Assembly (NCBI GenBank): GCA_964016885.1
Contig: CAXHJY010001088.1
Location: 27,980 to 91,979 of the forward strand
DNA length: 64,000 nucleotides
Direction of reading: 5' to 3'
Source of the DNA: Eledone cirrhosa
Lineage: Eukaryota
A program made the position numbers and the translations under genes. Below the pieces are notes generated by a model. It did no database searches and was not told the DNA's origin. It saw nothing but the letters and a program-made list of their open reading frames with translations. Of the stretch, positions 17,182 through 30,498 are shown one piece after another. Position 1 is the stretch's first letter; each line of letters begins with the position of its first letter.

Positions 17182-17183
<2 letters not shown>

Positions 17184-17484
17184 GCGGGGACATAGAAATA
17201 ATCGGGCTGGATGCCCGATCGCGCAGTTAAACCACTGGGAGTGAAGAACCCCTAGCCCATGTCAGGGTATTCTTCTAGGAGAAGGCATCTCAGGAAACTG
17301 GGTTAACTCCGATATAAAACCTGCGGCTCAGTAGTTACCGATGATGTTGATCTTTTCTTCTTTTCGGGTTATAGCTACTGTCGCTCAGAGAGTGGGATTG
17401 GTTCAGTGCACAGTCTTTCCTCACTTTAAAAATATTCGTCACGCACAGGCATTGCACGAGTGCATTAATAATTATTAATAGTGT

Positions 17485-17519
<35 letters not shown>

Positions 17520-17546
17520 TATTATTACTTTTTTTTTTTTTTTTCT

Positions 17547-17582
<36 letters not shown>

Positions 17583-20500
17583 CCAATTCAATGATGTTCC
17601 AGAACAATGTAAACGAGATAATTGCCAATTTGGGTTCTGGAACAAAAGGGATCATTGGCAATAAGGGCAGGGGCCCCAAGTTATCACAACCTGGGCCCGC
17701 CCGTCATCGTGCCATTGTAATAGAGCCAAACAGGGCATTTAGTCTTGGCTGCTGGAACGTACGGACGCTGCTTGACAGGGATTCTTTGGAGCGTCCTGAA
17801 CGAAGGACCGCTCTTGTTGCGAAGGAGCTTCGACGTTACGATCTTGACATCGTGGCTTTGTCTGAGACGAGGTTAGCTGGAGATGGTCATCTTACGGAAT
17901 TTTGTGGAGAATATACATTCTTCTGGAAAGGAAGAGATGAAGGAACCAGAAGAGAGGCTGGGGTAGGATTTGCTGTTAAGACTGTACTGGTGAATAAATT
18001 GGAAGAATTCCCAGTGGGGATTAGTGAGCGTCTTATGTCCATGAGAGTTCCGCTGGACAAGGGAAGATATGCTACCCTGGTGAGTGTGTATGCTCCAACT
18101 ATGAATTCTGTCGATGAAGAAAAACTGTCCTTTTACCATGCCTTGAAAGGTGTTTTAAGAAATATCCCTCAGGCAGACAAAGTCATCGTGCTTGGTGACT
18201 TTAATGCTAGAGTGGGTAGGGATTTTAACACATGGAATGTAATCGGAAGGCATGGGGTGGGAAAGTGTAACAGCAATGGTATGCTCTTGCTGCAGATGTG
18301 TGAGGAGCTGGATCTGTGTGTTACCAGCACCATGTTCCAACAAAAGAACAAATTCAAGACCACATGGATGCATCCTGCATCTAAGGAATGGCATCTTTTG
18401 GACTACGTCCTAGTCAGGATGCGTGACAGACAGGATGTGCGGTGTGTTCGTGTTCTTCGTGGAGCTGAGTGCTGGACGGACCACCGCCTGGTACGCGCAA
18501 AAGTGAATCTAATCACCAAACGTAAAATCCGGGCTCCTGGTGTTACCCTGCCCAAAAGATTGAATGCTGCTCGTCTTAAGGATAAAAATGTGAAGAGGAC
18601 ATTGGAAGAAGAGATGCAGGCTGCAGATCTTGGTGAGGATTGGCCGACCCTTAAAAAGTCGGTTTATGATGTAGGCAGACGTGTTCTGGGATTGGTGCAG
18701 AGAAAACATCAGGACTGGTTTAATGAGAAAGATGTGCATATAGATGACTTGTTGGCTGATAAGAGGCGCGCTCTGTCACGCTACTTGACGGCAAGACCAC
18801 AGGAGAGGAATACGTTGCATGAGGAGCTCAGGGATGTAAAATCACGTGTTAGGCGGAGTCTTTCTCAGATGAAGGATCAGTGGTGGAGTGAGAAGGCTGG
18901 TGAGATACAAACTGCGTCTGATTGCAATAACACAAAGCTGTTGTACAGTCTCTTGCGTGAGGTTTATGGACCGTCTTCTTCTCTGGTGACACCGATTCGC
19001 AGCAGGGATGGCAAAGAACTTCTTCGTGACTCACAGGGAATTCTACGAAGGTGGCGGGAGCACTTTGATGATCTTTTGAATCAGCCGTCTGTCGTCAGTG
19101 AAGATTTCCTCAATCTCATTCCGGAAAGTCCTGTGAAAGTAGCTCTCGCAGAGCCTCCGACACTTGTGGAGGTTGCAGTGGCTATTTCGAAGCTGAACAG
19201 TGGAAGATCTCCAGGTATGGATGGCATACATGCTGGGCTCCTACAATATGGTGGTGAGAGACTCCTGCAACATCTTCACTCTCTGTTTGGAAGGATATGG
19301 GCTAATGAATCCGTGCCTGAGGACTGGAGAGATGCAGTAATGGTGGTCTTGTACAAGGGAAAGGGTAACAGGAATGATTGTGGGAACTACAGAGGTATAT
19401 CATTGCTTTCTGTCGTGGGGAAAGTTTTATGTAGGGTGCTTCTGGACCGTCTGCTGACACACATTGCAGATTGTGTCCTTCCTGAAAGTCAATCTGGTTT
19501 TCGTGTTGGACGCGGCACTACTGATATGATCTTCTCAGCTAGACAGCTCCAGGAGAAGTGCATTGAACAGGGCTTGGATCTGTATCAGGTTTTTGTCGAT
19601 CTGACAAAGGCTTTCGATACTGTCAACAGAGATGCATTATGGAAGGTTCTCCAGAAACTTGGTTGCCCTGATAAGTTCCTTGCTTTAGTTAGGTCTTTCC
19701 ATGACGACATGAAGGCTTGGGTTAATGTCGGAGGTAACATGTCGGAGCCTATCTCAGTAAAAAATGGAGTGAAACAGGGGGATATTCCAGCACCGACCCT
19801 GTTTGCCATATACTTTGCAATGGTTTTCTGTGTTGCATTCAGGAATTGCGAGCATGGTGTTTACATCCGATATCGAACCTCAGGCAGCATATTTAACATC
19901 AGGCGCTTTGCTGCGAAGACAAAAGTATTTACATCAGTCATAAGAGACCTCTTGTATGCAGATGATTGCGATCTTGTAGCGCACACAGAGAGTGATATGC
20001 AGCACATTTTGAATGTATTTTCTGACGCTTGCACTGCCCTGGGTTTGACTGTCAGTCTCAAGAAAACCGTCGTCATGTACCAACCTGCACCTGGTAGGCA
20101 GTACACTGAACCAAACATCTATGTGTATGGCAAACGACTTGGAGTGGTTGATCAGTTTGTCTACCTGGGAAGCACTGTCAATCGATACGGCAACCTTGAC
20201 AGTGAAATCTCACTTAGGATTAGGAAAGCAAGTGATGCTTTCGGAAAGCTAGAAAGGCGACTCTGGGGTCGGCGAGACATATGCAGGAGGACAAAGGTAA
20301 GGGTGTACAGGGCATGTGTACTCTCTTGTCTTCTTTATGCCTGCGAGACCTGGGTCACATATCGACGCCACCTTAAGCAATTGGAGCGTTTCCATCAGAT
20401 GTGTCTCAGACGGATACATGGCGTTCGCTGGAGGGACCACATCAGTGATGTCGAGATTTTGGAAAGCTCTATGTGTGACAGTATAGAAGCTCTTGTGCTT

Positions 20501-21241
20501 AAGCAGCGACTCCGTTGGAGTGGTCACCTTGCCAGGATGAAGGATTCTAGAATACCAAAACAACTCTTCTATGGAGAGTTGGTTAAAGGAAAACGACCGC
20601 CACATAAACCAAAAAAGAGGTATAAGGATTCCTTGAAGGCCTCTCTGAAAGACGCTAACATCTCTGCTGATACATGGGAAAATATTGCTGCTGATCGTAA
20701 TAAATGGAGAAAGACTGTATATGAGGGAAAAGTTGCCTTTGAGGCATCTCGAATCGCACACGAGAAAGTAAAGCGGGACGTGAGGAAGGGTATTGCTGTT
20801 GCACTTCCAGACGGCGAGGGTCCTCCTATGTTTCTGACATGCAGCGTCTGTGCGAGACTCTGCCTAAGCAAAGCTGGACTCGAAAGTCATCTTCGCAGTC
20901 ATAAAGTAAGACCAGTGGTTGACTACCAGGCTGCTGTTGGAGATGCTACTCATCATGCTTGCCAAACATGTGGTAGAGAATGTAAATCAGCAGGAGGACT
21001 CAAGCGACATGCAAAAGTACACGAACTCCAACCACAGCCGACTATTCCCAGTAAATGTTTTGGTTGCCGACTCTGTGCAAGACATTTTGGATCATTGGCT
21101 GGGCTAAAAAGCCACATTCGATCGCAGCACTGTTAGTTGCTATCGTGTGTGTGTGTAGATATGCTTATGTGCGTGCGTGTGTGTGTATATATATATGAAT
21201 ATGTATATTATTATTGTTGTTGTCGTTATTATTATTATTGC

Positions 21242-21293
<52 letters not shown>

Positions 21294-21361
21294 TTTTTTT
21301 TTTTTTTTTTTTTTTTTTTATTGTGCAATGGCCATACTCGATAACGAGGGGGCAGCCATCA
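17182..21361 (+). mobile_element. Apparently full-length RTE (BovB/Expander-like) LINE
   Basis: Structured 5' UTR with CTAGGAGAAGG..AACTCCGAT motif, one long ORF, 3' end with CTCG-ATAA-CGAG hairpin before microsatellite. Confidence 0.85.
17591..21136 (+). CDS. Intact LINE polyprotein: APE endonuclease, reverse transcriptase, three C2H2 zinc fingers (1181 aa)
   Basis: WNVRTL, LSETR, GDFNA, TDH (APE); YRGISLL, FVDLTKAFD, GVKQG, LYADD (RT); CSVC..H..H, CQTC..H..H, CRLC..H...H. Confidence 0.95.
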   Translation: MMFQNNVNEIIANLGSGTKGIIGNKGRGPKLSQPGPARHRAIVIEPNRAFSLGCWNVRTLLDRDSLERPERRTALVAKELRRYDLDIVALSETRLAGDGHLTEFCGEYTFFWKGRDEGTRREAGVGFAVKTVLVNKLEEFPVGISERLMSMRVPLDKGRYATLVSVYAPTMNSVDEEKLSFYHALKGVLRNIPQADKVIVLGDFNARVGRDFNTWNVIGRHGVGKCNSNGMLLLQMCEELDLCVTSTMFQQKNKFKTTWMHPASKEWHLLDYVLVRMRDRQDVRCVRVLRGAECWTDHRLVRAKVNLITKRKIRAPGVTLPKRLNAARLKDKNVKRTLEEEMQAADLGEDWPTLKKSVYDVGRRVLGLVQRKHQDWFNEKDVHIDDLLADKRRALSRYLTARPQERNTLHEELRDVKSRVRRSLSQMKDQWWSEKAGEIQTASDCNNTKLLYSLLREVYGPSSSLVTPIRSRDGKELLRDSQGILRRWREHFDDLLNQPSVVSEDFLNLIPESPVKVALAEPPTLVEVAVAISKLNSGRSPGMDGIHAGLLQYGGERLLQHLHSLFGRIWANESVPEDWRDAVMVVLYKGKGNRNDCGNYRGISLLSVVGKVLCRVLLDRLLTHIADCVLPESQSGFRVGRGTTDMIFSARQLQEKCIEQGLDLYQVFVDLTKAFDTVNRDALWKVLQKLGCPDKFLALVRSFHDDMKAWVNVGGNMSEPISVKNGVKQGDIPAPTLFAIYFAMVFCVAFRNCEHGVYIRYRTSGSIFNIRRFAAKTKVFTSVIRDLLYADDCDLVAHTESDMQHILNVFSDACTALGLTVSLKKTVVMYQPAPGRQYTEPNIYVYGKRLGVVDQFVYLGSTVNRYGNLDSEISLRIRKASDAFGKLERRLWGRRDICRRTKVRVYRACVLSCLLYACETWVTYRRHLKQLERFHQMCLRRIHGVRWRDHISDVEILESSMCDSIEALVLKQRLRWSGHLARMKDSRIPKQLFYGELVKGKRPPHKPKKRYKDSLKASLKDANISADTWENIAADRNKWRKTVYEGKVAFEASRIAHEKVKRDVRKGIAVALPDGEGPPMFLTCSVCARLCLSKAGLESHLRSHKVRPVVDYQAAVGDATHHACQTCGRECKSAGGLKRHAKVHELQPQPTIPSKCFGCRLCARHFGSLAGLKSHIRSQHC

Positions 21362-21541
21362 TATATGTATGTATATATGTATGTATATATGTATATATAT
21401 ATGTATATATATATGTATGTATATATGTATATATATATGTATGTATATATGTATATATATATGTATGTATATATGTATATATATATGTATGTATATATGT
21501 ATGTATATATGTATATATATATGTATGAATATATGTATGAA

Positions 21542-21670
<129 letters not shown>

Positions 21671-21683
21671 GTATATATATATA

Positions 21684-21748
<65 letters not shown>

Positions 21749-21989
21749 GTATATATATATATGTATATATATATATGTATATATATATATGTATATATAT
21801 ATATGTATATATATATATGTATATATATATATCTGTATATATATATATCTGTATATATATATATCTGTATATATATATCTGTATATTTATATATATATAT
21901 ATATATATATATCTGTGTATATATATATGTATATATATATATATATATCTGTATATATATATATCTGTATATATATATATATATATCTG

Positions 21990-23878
<1,889 letters not shown>

Positions 23879-23879
23879 A

Positions 23880-24068
23880 TTGGTGGATTGGCAGTATCGG
23901 TAGAGGGTCGGACGCCATGCTTTGACGTATAGAGTTACGGCCCTTGCCATTCTGAGTTCAAATCCCGCCGAGGTTAACTTTGCCTTTCATCCTTACGGGG
24001 TCGATAAAATAAAGTACCAGTAATGCACTGGGTAATTGCTGGCCTTGTGCCAAAAGTAGAAACAATTA
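23880..24068 (+). mobile_element. tRNA-headed SINE family 2
   Basis: TGGCAGTATCGG (A box), GAGTTCAAATCC (B box), GCCTTTCATCC..GGGGTCGATAAAATAAAGTACCAG; homologous to 40222-40410. Confidence 0.8.
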
Positions 24069-24096
24069 TATATATATGTATCATTATATATATATG

Positions 24097-24151
<55 letters not shown>

Positions 24152-24404
24152 ACATATATATATCTGTATATATATATATATATCTGTATATATATATATA
24201 GATCTGTATATATATATCTGTATATATATATATATATCTGTATATATATATATAGATCTGTATATATATATCTGTATATATATATATAGATCTGTATATA
24301 TATATATATCTGTATATATATATATAGATCTGTATATATATATCTGTATATATATATATAGATCTGTATATATATATATATCTGTATATATATATATAGA
24401 TCTG

Positions 24405-24435
<31 letters not shown>

Positions 24436-24596
24436 GTATATATATATATATGTATACATATATTTATGTATGTATATATATATGTATGTATATCTGTATA
24501 TATATATATCTGTATATATATATATCTGTATATATATATATATATCTCTGTATATATATATCTGTATATATATATATATATCTCTGTATATATATA

Positions 24597-24635
<39 letters not shown>

Positions 24636-24670
24636 AGATTTGAATGGATACAGTTTAGTTGAAAGGAATG

Positions 24671-24788
24671 TATTGACACGTGTTTCTATAACAGTTACAT
24701 AACCTAAAACAGGTGCTATCTACAAACTTTTAGTTATGCAGACATTCAATATCTCAATGTTATTATTTACTGTCATTTCATCAGAATA
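24671..24788 (-). ncRNA. Hammerhead ribozyme with ~90-nt branched stem II
   Basis: UAUU-CUGAUGA-[A AUGACAGU ... ACUGUUAU A]-GAAA-CACGUG-UC-AAUA; GUC triplet, palindromic loop III. Confidence 0.72.
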
Positions 24789-25349
24789 ATATTACTGAGG
24801 ACCTATTTAGTTTTTATAGAGAATATTAGGAGGGAGGAGTGAAGTTGTTAGAAGAATAGTTGAAGGAGTGGTTTTTCGATAGCAGTGAGAATTCTTGGTA
24901 GCAGTGAGTAATTAGATTCCCATCTGTTGTTTTGACATTTTTTATAGAATATATTATTGGTTATTTTTCTAAATCTATAGAAGGATTAGAGATAGTAAAG
25001 ATATGCGTGGTTGGTTTTGTGTTTGCACTTAATTAACATTCAGACTTAAATTTTTCTTTCAAGTGTACATATCCTTTCACCCACGCATTCACACACAAAT
25101 ATATTTGCACACCTCTACAAAATACATATACTCACAATTCACATATTCATACTTACATATATATACACATGCATACTCATATATATATACACACATGTAT
25201 TCATGTACATACATACGCGCTCATGTGTATACATTTTCATACTCAACTTATCTTTATATACACACGTATAGACACACACATATATACATACATACTCTAG
25301 TCCATGTGTACACACATACACATCTATATACACATCTATATACACATAT

Positions 25350-25426
<77 letters not shown>

Positions 25427-25715
25427 CACTTTAATACATGAATACACTTACATCTAACTATACACATCAAACATATATATATATTTACTTATTTATATAC
25501 ATTTTCACATATATATACATACTTATGGACGTTTTTAGACACATTCATTATCGCATATTTGCACCTATTCTCATCTGTATATATATATCTGTATATATAT
25601 ATATCTGTATATATATATGTCTGTATATATATATATCTGTATATATATATATATATATCTGTATATATATATATCTGTATATATATATCTGTATATATAT
25701 ATATATATATATCCG

Positions 25716-25746
<31 letters not shown>

Positions 25747-25821
25747 GTATATATATATATATATCTGTATATATATATATATATCTGTATATATATATAT
25801 ATATCTGTATATATATATATA

Positions 25822-25864
<43 letters not shown>

Positions 25865-25987
25865 GTATATCTATCTATATATATATATATATATCTGTAT
25901 ATCTATATATATATATCTGTATATATATATATATATCTGTGTATATATATATATATATATATCTGTGTATATATATATATATATATA

Positions 25988-26026
<39 letters not shown>

Positions 26027-26190
26027 GTATATATATATATATATATATATATCTGTATATATATATATATATATATATCTGTATATATATATATATATAT
26101 ATCTGTATATATATATCTGTATATATATATATATATATATCTGTATATATATATCTGTATATATATATATATATATATATCTGTATATAT

Positions 26191-27569
26191 AAAAAGGCCT
26201 TAAAATTAACCTGGCTAAGACTAAAGTTCTAGTTTGTAGGAAAGAAAATAAGGCGGCGGTCCCATCTGGGAAATGGCCATGCTCAGTGTGTAGGAAAGGC
26301 GTAGGTAGAAACTCCATTTTATGTCCCAAATGCAAAGTATGGGTGCATAAAAGATGTAGTGGGATCACAGGTAAGCTAACTAAGAACATAGATTTTACAT
26401 GTGGCCGGTGCTCTGGTGCAATAAGTAGCAGCAAGTGCCCACAAAATACTAGCTCCTTCAACTGCGCAGAGCGTTCTATAGAAATAGTGGACAGCTTCCG
26501 TTACCTGGGTGACAAAATCAGCAGTGGGGGAGGGTGCTCTGAAAGTACAGTAGCTAGAGTCAGAACTGGATGGAAAAAGTTCAGAGAGCTTATACCACTA
26601 TTAGCCGCTAGAGGGTTCTCCCTAAAAATGAAAGGCAGGTTATACGATGCCTGCATACGAACAGCAATGCTGCATGGCAGTGAGACCTGGGCATTGTGTG
26701 CAGAGGATATACGCAGACTAGAGAGGAACGAAGCTTGCATGCTCCGCTGGATGTGCAATAGTAATATACGTGAATGGCAAAGCATAAACGAACTAAGGAA
26801 AAAATTAGAAATAAGAGGGATCAGATGCTGTTTACTCGAGAGAAGGCTACGTTGGTATGGTCACGTGATGCGCATGAAAGACGACAGCTGTATAACAAAG
26901 TGCAGGGCAATAAAGATAGACGGTAGCCACGGAGTAGGCAGACCCAGAAAAACATGGGACGAGCTGATAAATTCCGACCTCACACGCTTACACCTCTTCA
27001 AGACAATGTCACTGGACCGAGACCTTTGGCGGTACTCAGTAATAGAGAAGACCCGCCTTACCTAAATACAAAGTAAAAACCTACTACAGTCAGTAGGCAT
27101 CTCTATCAAAACACACCCCCGTCCCACCACCTCCACCCCATCCACACCGCCCCTTTCAATGTAAAGTTATGTTGGTCCCACAACATCCAGGTCGAAACAA
27201 ATGAGATCGTGTAGGTGTCACGACAAAAAAACACACAGTCCACGCTGTAAATGTGGCCGTGTAGGCAACACGGTAAAAACCTCCCAGCCCCACACTGTAA
27301 ATGTGGTTGGTGTTAGGAAGGGCATCCAGCTGTAGAAAACCCGCCAGACAGTCCACGCTGTAATGTAGCCGTGTAGCCAACACGGTAAAAACCTTCCAGC
27401 CCCACACTGTAAATGTGGTTGGTGTTAGGAAGGGCTTCCAACTGTAGAAAACCCGCCAGACAGTCCTATGCGAGCAAGACAACCACTCTTGCCTCAAGTG
27501 GGAAAACCCCCGTCCAAACCCATGCAAGCGTGGAACACGGACGCTAAACCTGATGATGATGATGATGAT
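26191..27569 (+). mobile_element. 5'-truncated RTE LINE subfamily A (ORF remnant to 27065) with duplicated 3' UTR segment
   Basis: Protein nearly identical to ORF 12622..13545; 3' UTR block 27235-27345 repeated at ~27349-27460; (GAT)n tail. Confidence 0.92.
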
Positions 27570-27594
27570 ATATCTGTGTGTGTGTGTATATATA

Positions 27595-27634
<40 letters not shown>

Positions 27635-27637
<3 letters not shown>

Positions 27638-27938
27638 AGGCACATGGCTTAGTGGTTAGAGCATTGGCCTTGCAATCGAAAGGTTGTGAGTTCAATTCTC
27701 AGACCGGGTGATGTGTTGTTTCCTTGAGCAAGACACTTTATTTCACTTTAGGGGTCCCTATCATTCCACTGCAAAGTGGTCGTGGAGGTGCCACGGCAAA
27801 AAAGCACCCAGCACTCACTGTAAATGAGGTTGGTGTTAGGAAGGGCATCCAGCTGTAGAAATCAAGCCAGAATCAGTTCCCGTCCCCCCCTTGCAAGCAG
27901 GGAAAAGTGGACGTAAAATGAAATGATGATGATGATGA
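27635..27938 (+). mobile_element. Second copy of RTE-tailed tRNA SINE (internal deletion)
   Basis: Matches 22063-22412 but lacks the GCTCCAG...GGGACT segment. Confidence 0.88.
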
Positions 27939-28001
27939 ATATATATATATATCTGTATATATATATATCTGTATATATATATATATATCTGTATATATAT
28001 A

Positions 28002-28036
<35 letters not shown>

Positions 28037-28083
28037 CTGTATATATATATCTGTATATATATATCTGTATATATATATATCTG

Positions 28084-28117
<34 letters not shown>

Positions 28118-28153
28118 TATCTGTATATATATATCTGTATATATATATATCTG

Positions 28154-28220
<67 letters not shown>

Positions 28221-28271
28221 GTATATATATATCTGTATATATATATATCTGTATATATATATATATATATA

Positions 28272-28427
28272 TATCATCATCATCATCATCATCAACGTTT
28301 AACGTCCGTGTTCCACACTTGCATGGGTTTGGATGGGGGTAGTCCCACTTGAGGCAAGAGTGATTGTCTTGCTCGCATAGGACTGTCTGGCAGGTTTTCT
28401 ACAGTTGGATGCCCTTCCTAACACCAA
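28272..28427 (-). mobile_element. RTE subfamily A extreme 3' fragment
   Basis: Matches 12222-12375. Confidence 0.85.
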
Positions 28428-28454
28428 TATATGTATATATATATATATATATAA

Positions 28455-29229
28455 ATATAAATGAAAAGTATAGAAATTGTTGTAGCGAGAAGCTAACAGT
28501 ATTCCATAACATATATGTGACTATAGTGTCAAAATGGGAAAATAGTTAACATAAGATATGGGAAAAATAATTCAGACTCAATTCAAAAGGAATCAGGATA
28601 TAGATTTATCCAACAGAATTTAGAGAAATCCAGGGAAAAATCAATAGAGCCTTAACTCATGATAAAACAAAGTCTAAAGTACTCAACCTTCAATTTGGGA
28701 CAACTTCAAATGCTCTGTATAGTCTTGAAAAGACTATTTCACGAAAACTTTCAGTGGAAATGGTCACGGTTGGATTTCGTTCCTCAGCAGAGCTCAACAT
28801 GGTAACCAAGGTCTCACTGGTAATATGCCAAAAAGGGAATTTAAAAGCAGGCTAGTTTAACATCATGCGTGGTTATTAAAATAAACGCACATGTGTAAAA
28901 ACAGGGCTGGTGACGTCAGAATGAGACAAATGTTTGTTTACATGAAACAACAGTCAAAAACATTCCGAAAGAAAACTCTACAAAAGGAGTTCAGCAAAAA
29001 GCAATATCATCACGGTTTTTTTCCCCCAAAAAATACCGGGTTTAGTCACAAATAATTTAAGCACTCTAAGAAATAAATCCGAGTATATATATATAAATGA
29101 AAAGTATAGAAATTGTTGTAGCGAGAAGCTAACAGTATTCCATAACATATATGCGACTATAGCGTCAAAATGGGAAAATAGTTAACATAAGATATGGGAA
29201 AAATAATTCAGACTCAATTCAAAAGGAAT
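28455..29229 (-). mobile_element. Non-coding hammerhead-bearing element (retrozyme / non-autonomous PLE-like), 636-bp unit with 139-bp terminal redundancy
   Basis: 28455-28593 equals 29091-29229 except two CpG-type transitions; no ORF in the track; internal canonical HHR; flanked by (TA)n. Confidence 0.8.
28712..28793 (-). ncRNA. Canonical type I hammerhead ribozyme
   Basis: GCUCUG-CUGAGGA-ACGAAA(28 nt)UUUCGU-GAAA-UAGUCUU(UUC)AAGACUA-UA-CAGAGC; stems I/II/III of 6/6/7 Watson-Crick pairs, intact core. Confidence 0.92.
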
Positions 29230-29233
29230 TATT

Positions 29234-29298
<65 letters not shown>

Positions 29299-29563
29299 TA
29301 GTAAAAGGAAAAGAAAATGCTGACAAATTTTTCCCAGTGAAAAATAGTTTAATTAGGAATAAGTAAAAATTAGTAATAGTATTGGTTAGTATTCAGTTTT
29401 GGTTTTAAGTTTTACCAGTTGCGCATTTCTAATGCTTTTCAAAAATAATTTTGAGATAGAGCGCCCTTGATGTTTGCTCTAATCTGATCAGTTTTGGAAA
29501 TTCTACCTGTTTTATGTGAAAAAAGTGGCTCCAGAGGTATTAAGATTTGGTTGTTTGTTGAAT

Positions 29564-29683
29564 GTCACGTGAATGAGTACTATAAGTTTTGCGCCAATTC
29601 GTGTTGCAAAGATTCTTGTAGTCAAAACAATTTTGATTGGTCGGTAGAGGTCACGTGAATGTTAAAAATTGATTTTGCGCCAA
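29564..29683. promoter_or_regulatory. Twice-repeated E-box + E2F-like module
   Basis: GTCACGTGAATG at 29564 and 29650, each followed 23 bp later by TTTTGCGCCAA (29587, 29673); GATTGG (CCAAT rc) at 29635. Confidence 0.45.
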
Positions 29684-30498
29684 ATGTAGGTTTGTCGAAG
29701 AGTGTCCTTTTTCGCCTGATTGAGAAGTCACTGAAAAATAAGTCTTTTAAGACAAATATGTGTGTGCGGGTGTGTGTGTGTGTAGTAAAGAGGTTCATTG
29801 TTGTGATAATGGTCAGTAGGGATGTGTGTGTGAACTGCAGTCATGTTGAAAGGTCAAGACAATCTGTGTGTGTGTGTGTGTGTAGCAGAGGGATTCGGTC
29901 AGTAGGAATGTGTCTGTACGTGTGTGGGGGATATTTTAACATGTTGAAAGATATTTTTCAGCTCTTGTCTTATACGGAGAAGTGTGTGTGTATATGTCTG
30001 TTTGTATGTTAGTGTATGTGTGTGTGTGTGTGTATATGTGTGTATGTGTGTGTGGGTGGACCAGTATTTTTGTGATACTGGTAGAAATGGTGTACATTAT
30101 TCAATATTTTCAGTAATTTGCAAAAACGATTCTCTCAAAAGAACATCAAAAACATTAATAATAAAAGGGGTGAAATGTCATAACACCAAGGTGTGTGTGA
30201 GTGTCCAGATTGTAGTACTGCAAGGGGAATCCATTAGGCCCTGCCGTATGGGAATACTTGTGTACAAATATGTATGTGCCCATCAGTGTGCAATGCATAT
30301 GTGCGTATATGTATGTGTGTGTGTCGGCACTTTTATATCTATAGACATCAAAAGGTATGCAAATTTGTGTATATTTGTGTTGCACCATAGAACATGTGTG
30401 TTTACATATGTCATTGTGTTTATATGTGGATAGAGATGTATGTAGGATGTATGCTGATGTAGGTATGTATGTTGACGTGTGTATGTTGTGGGTTCGTC

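Noticed and set aside
17182-17330. HDV-like ribozyme at the RTE 5' end
   Set aside because: Could not thread the nested double pseudoknot or find the L3/P1.1 motif
12812-20871. Antisense and alternate-frame ORFs overlapping LINE ORFs
   Set aside because: Shadow frames of RT coding sequence with no domain features
29410-29495. Possible HHR in the Neptune-like 3' region (minus-strand GAAA-TGCGCA palindrome)
   Set aside because: No CUGANGA in register and U16.1 is missing
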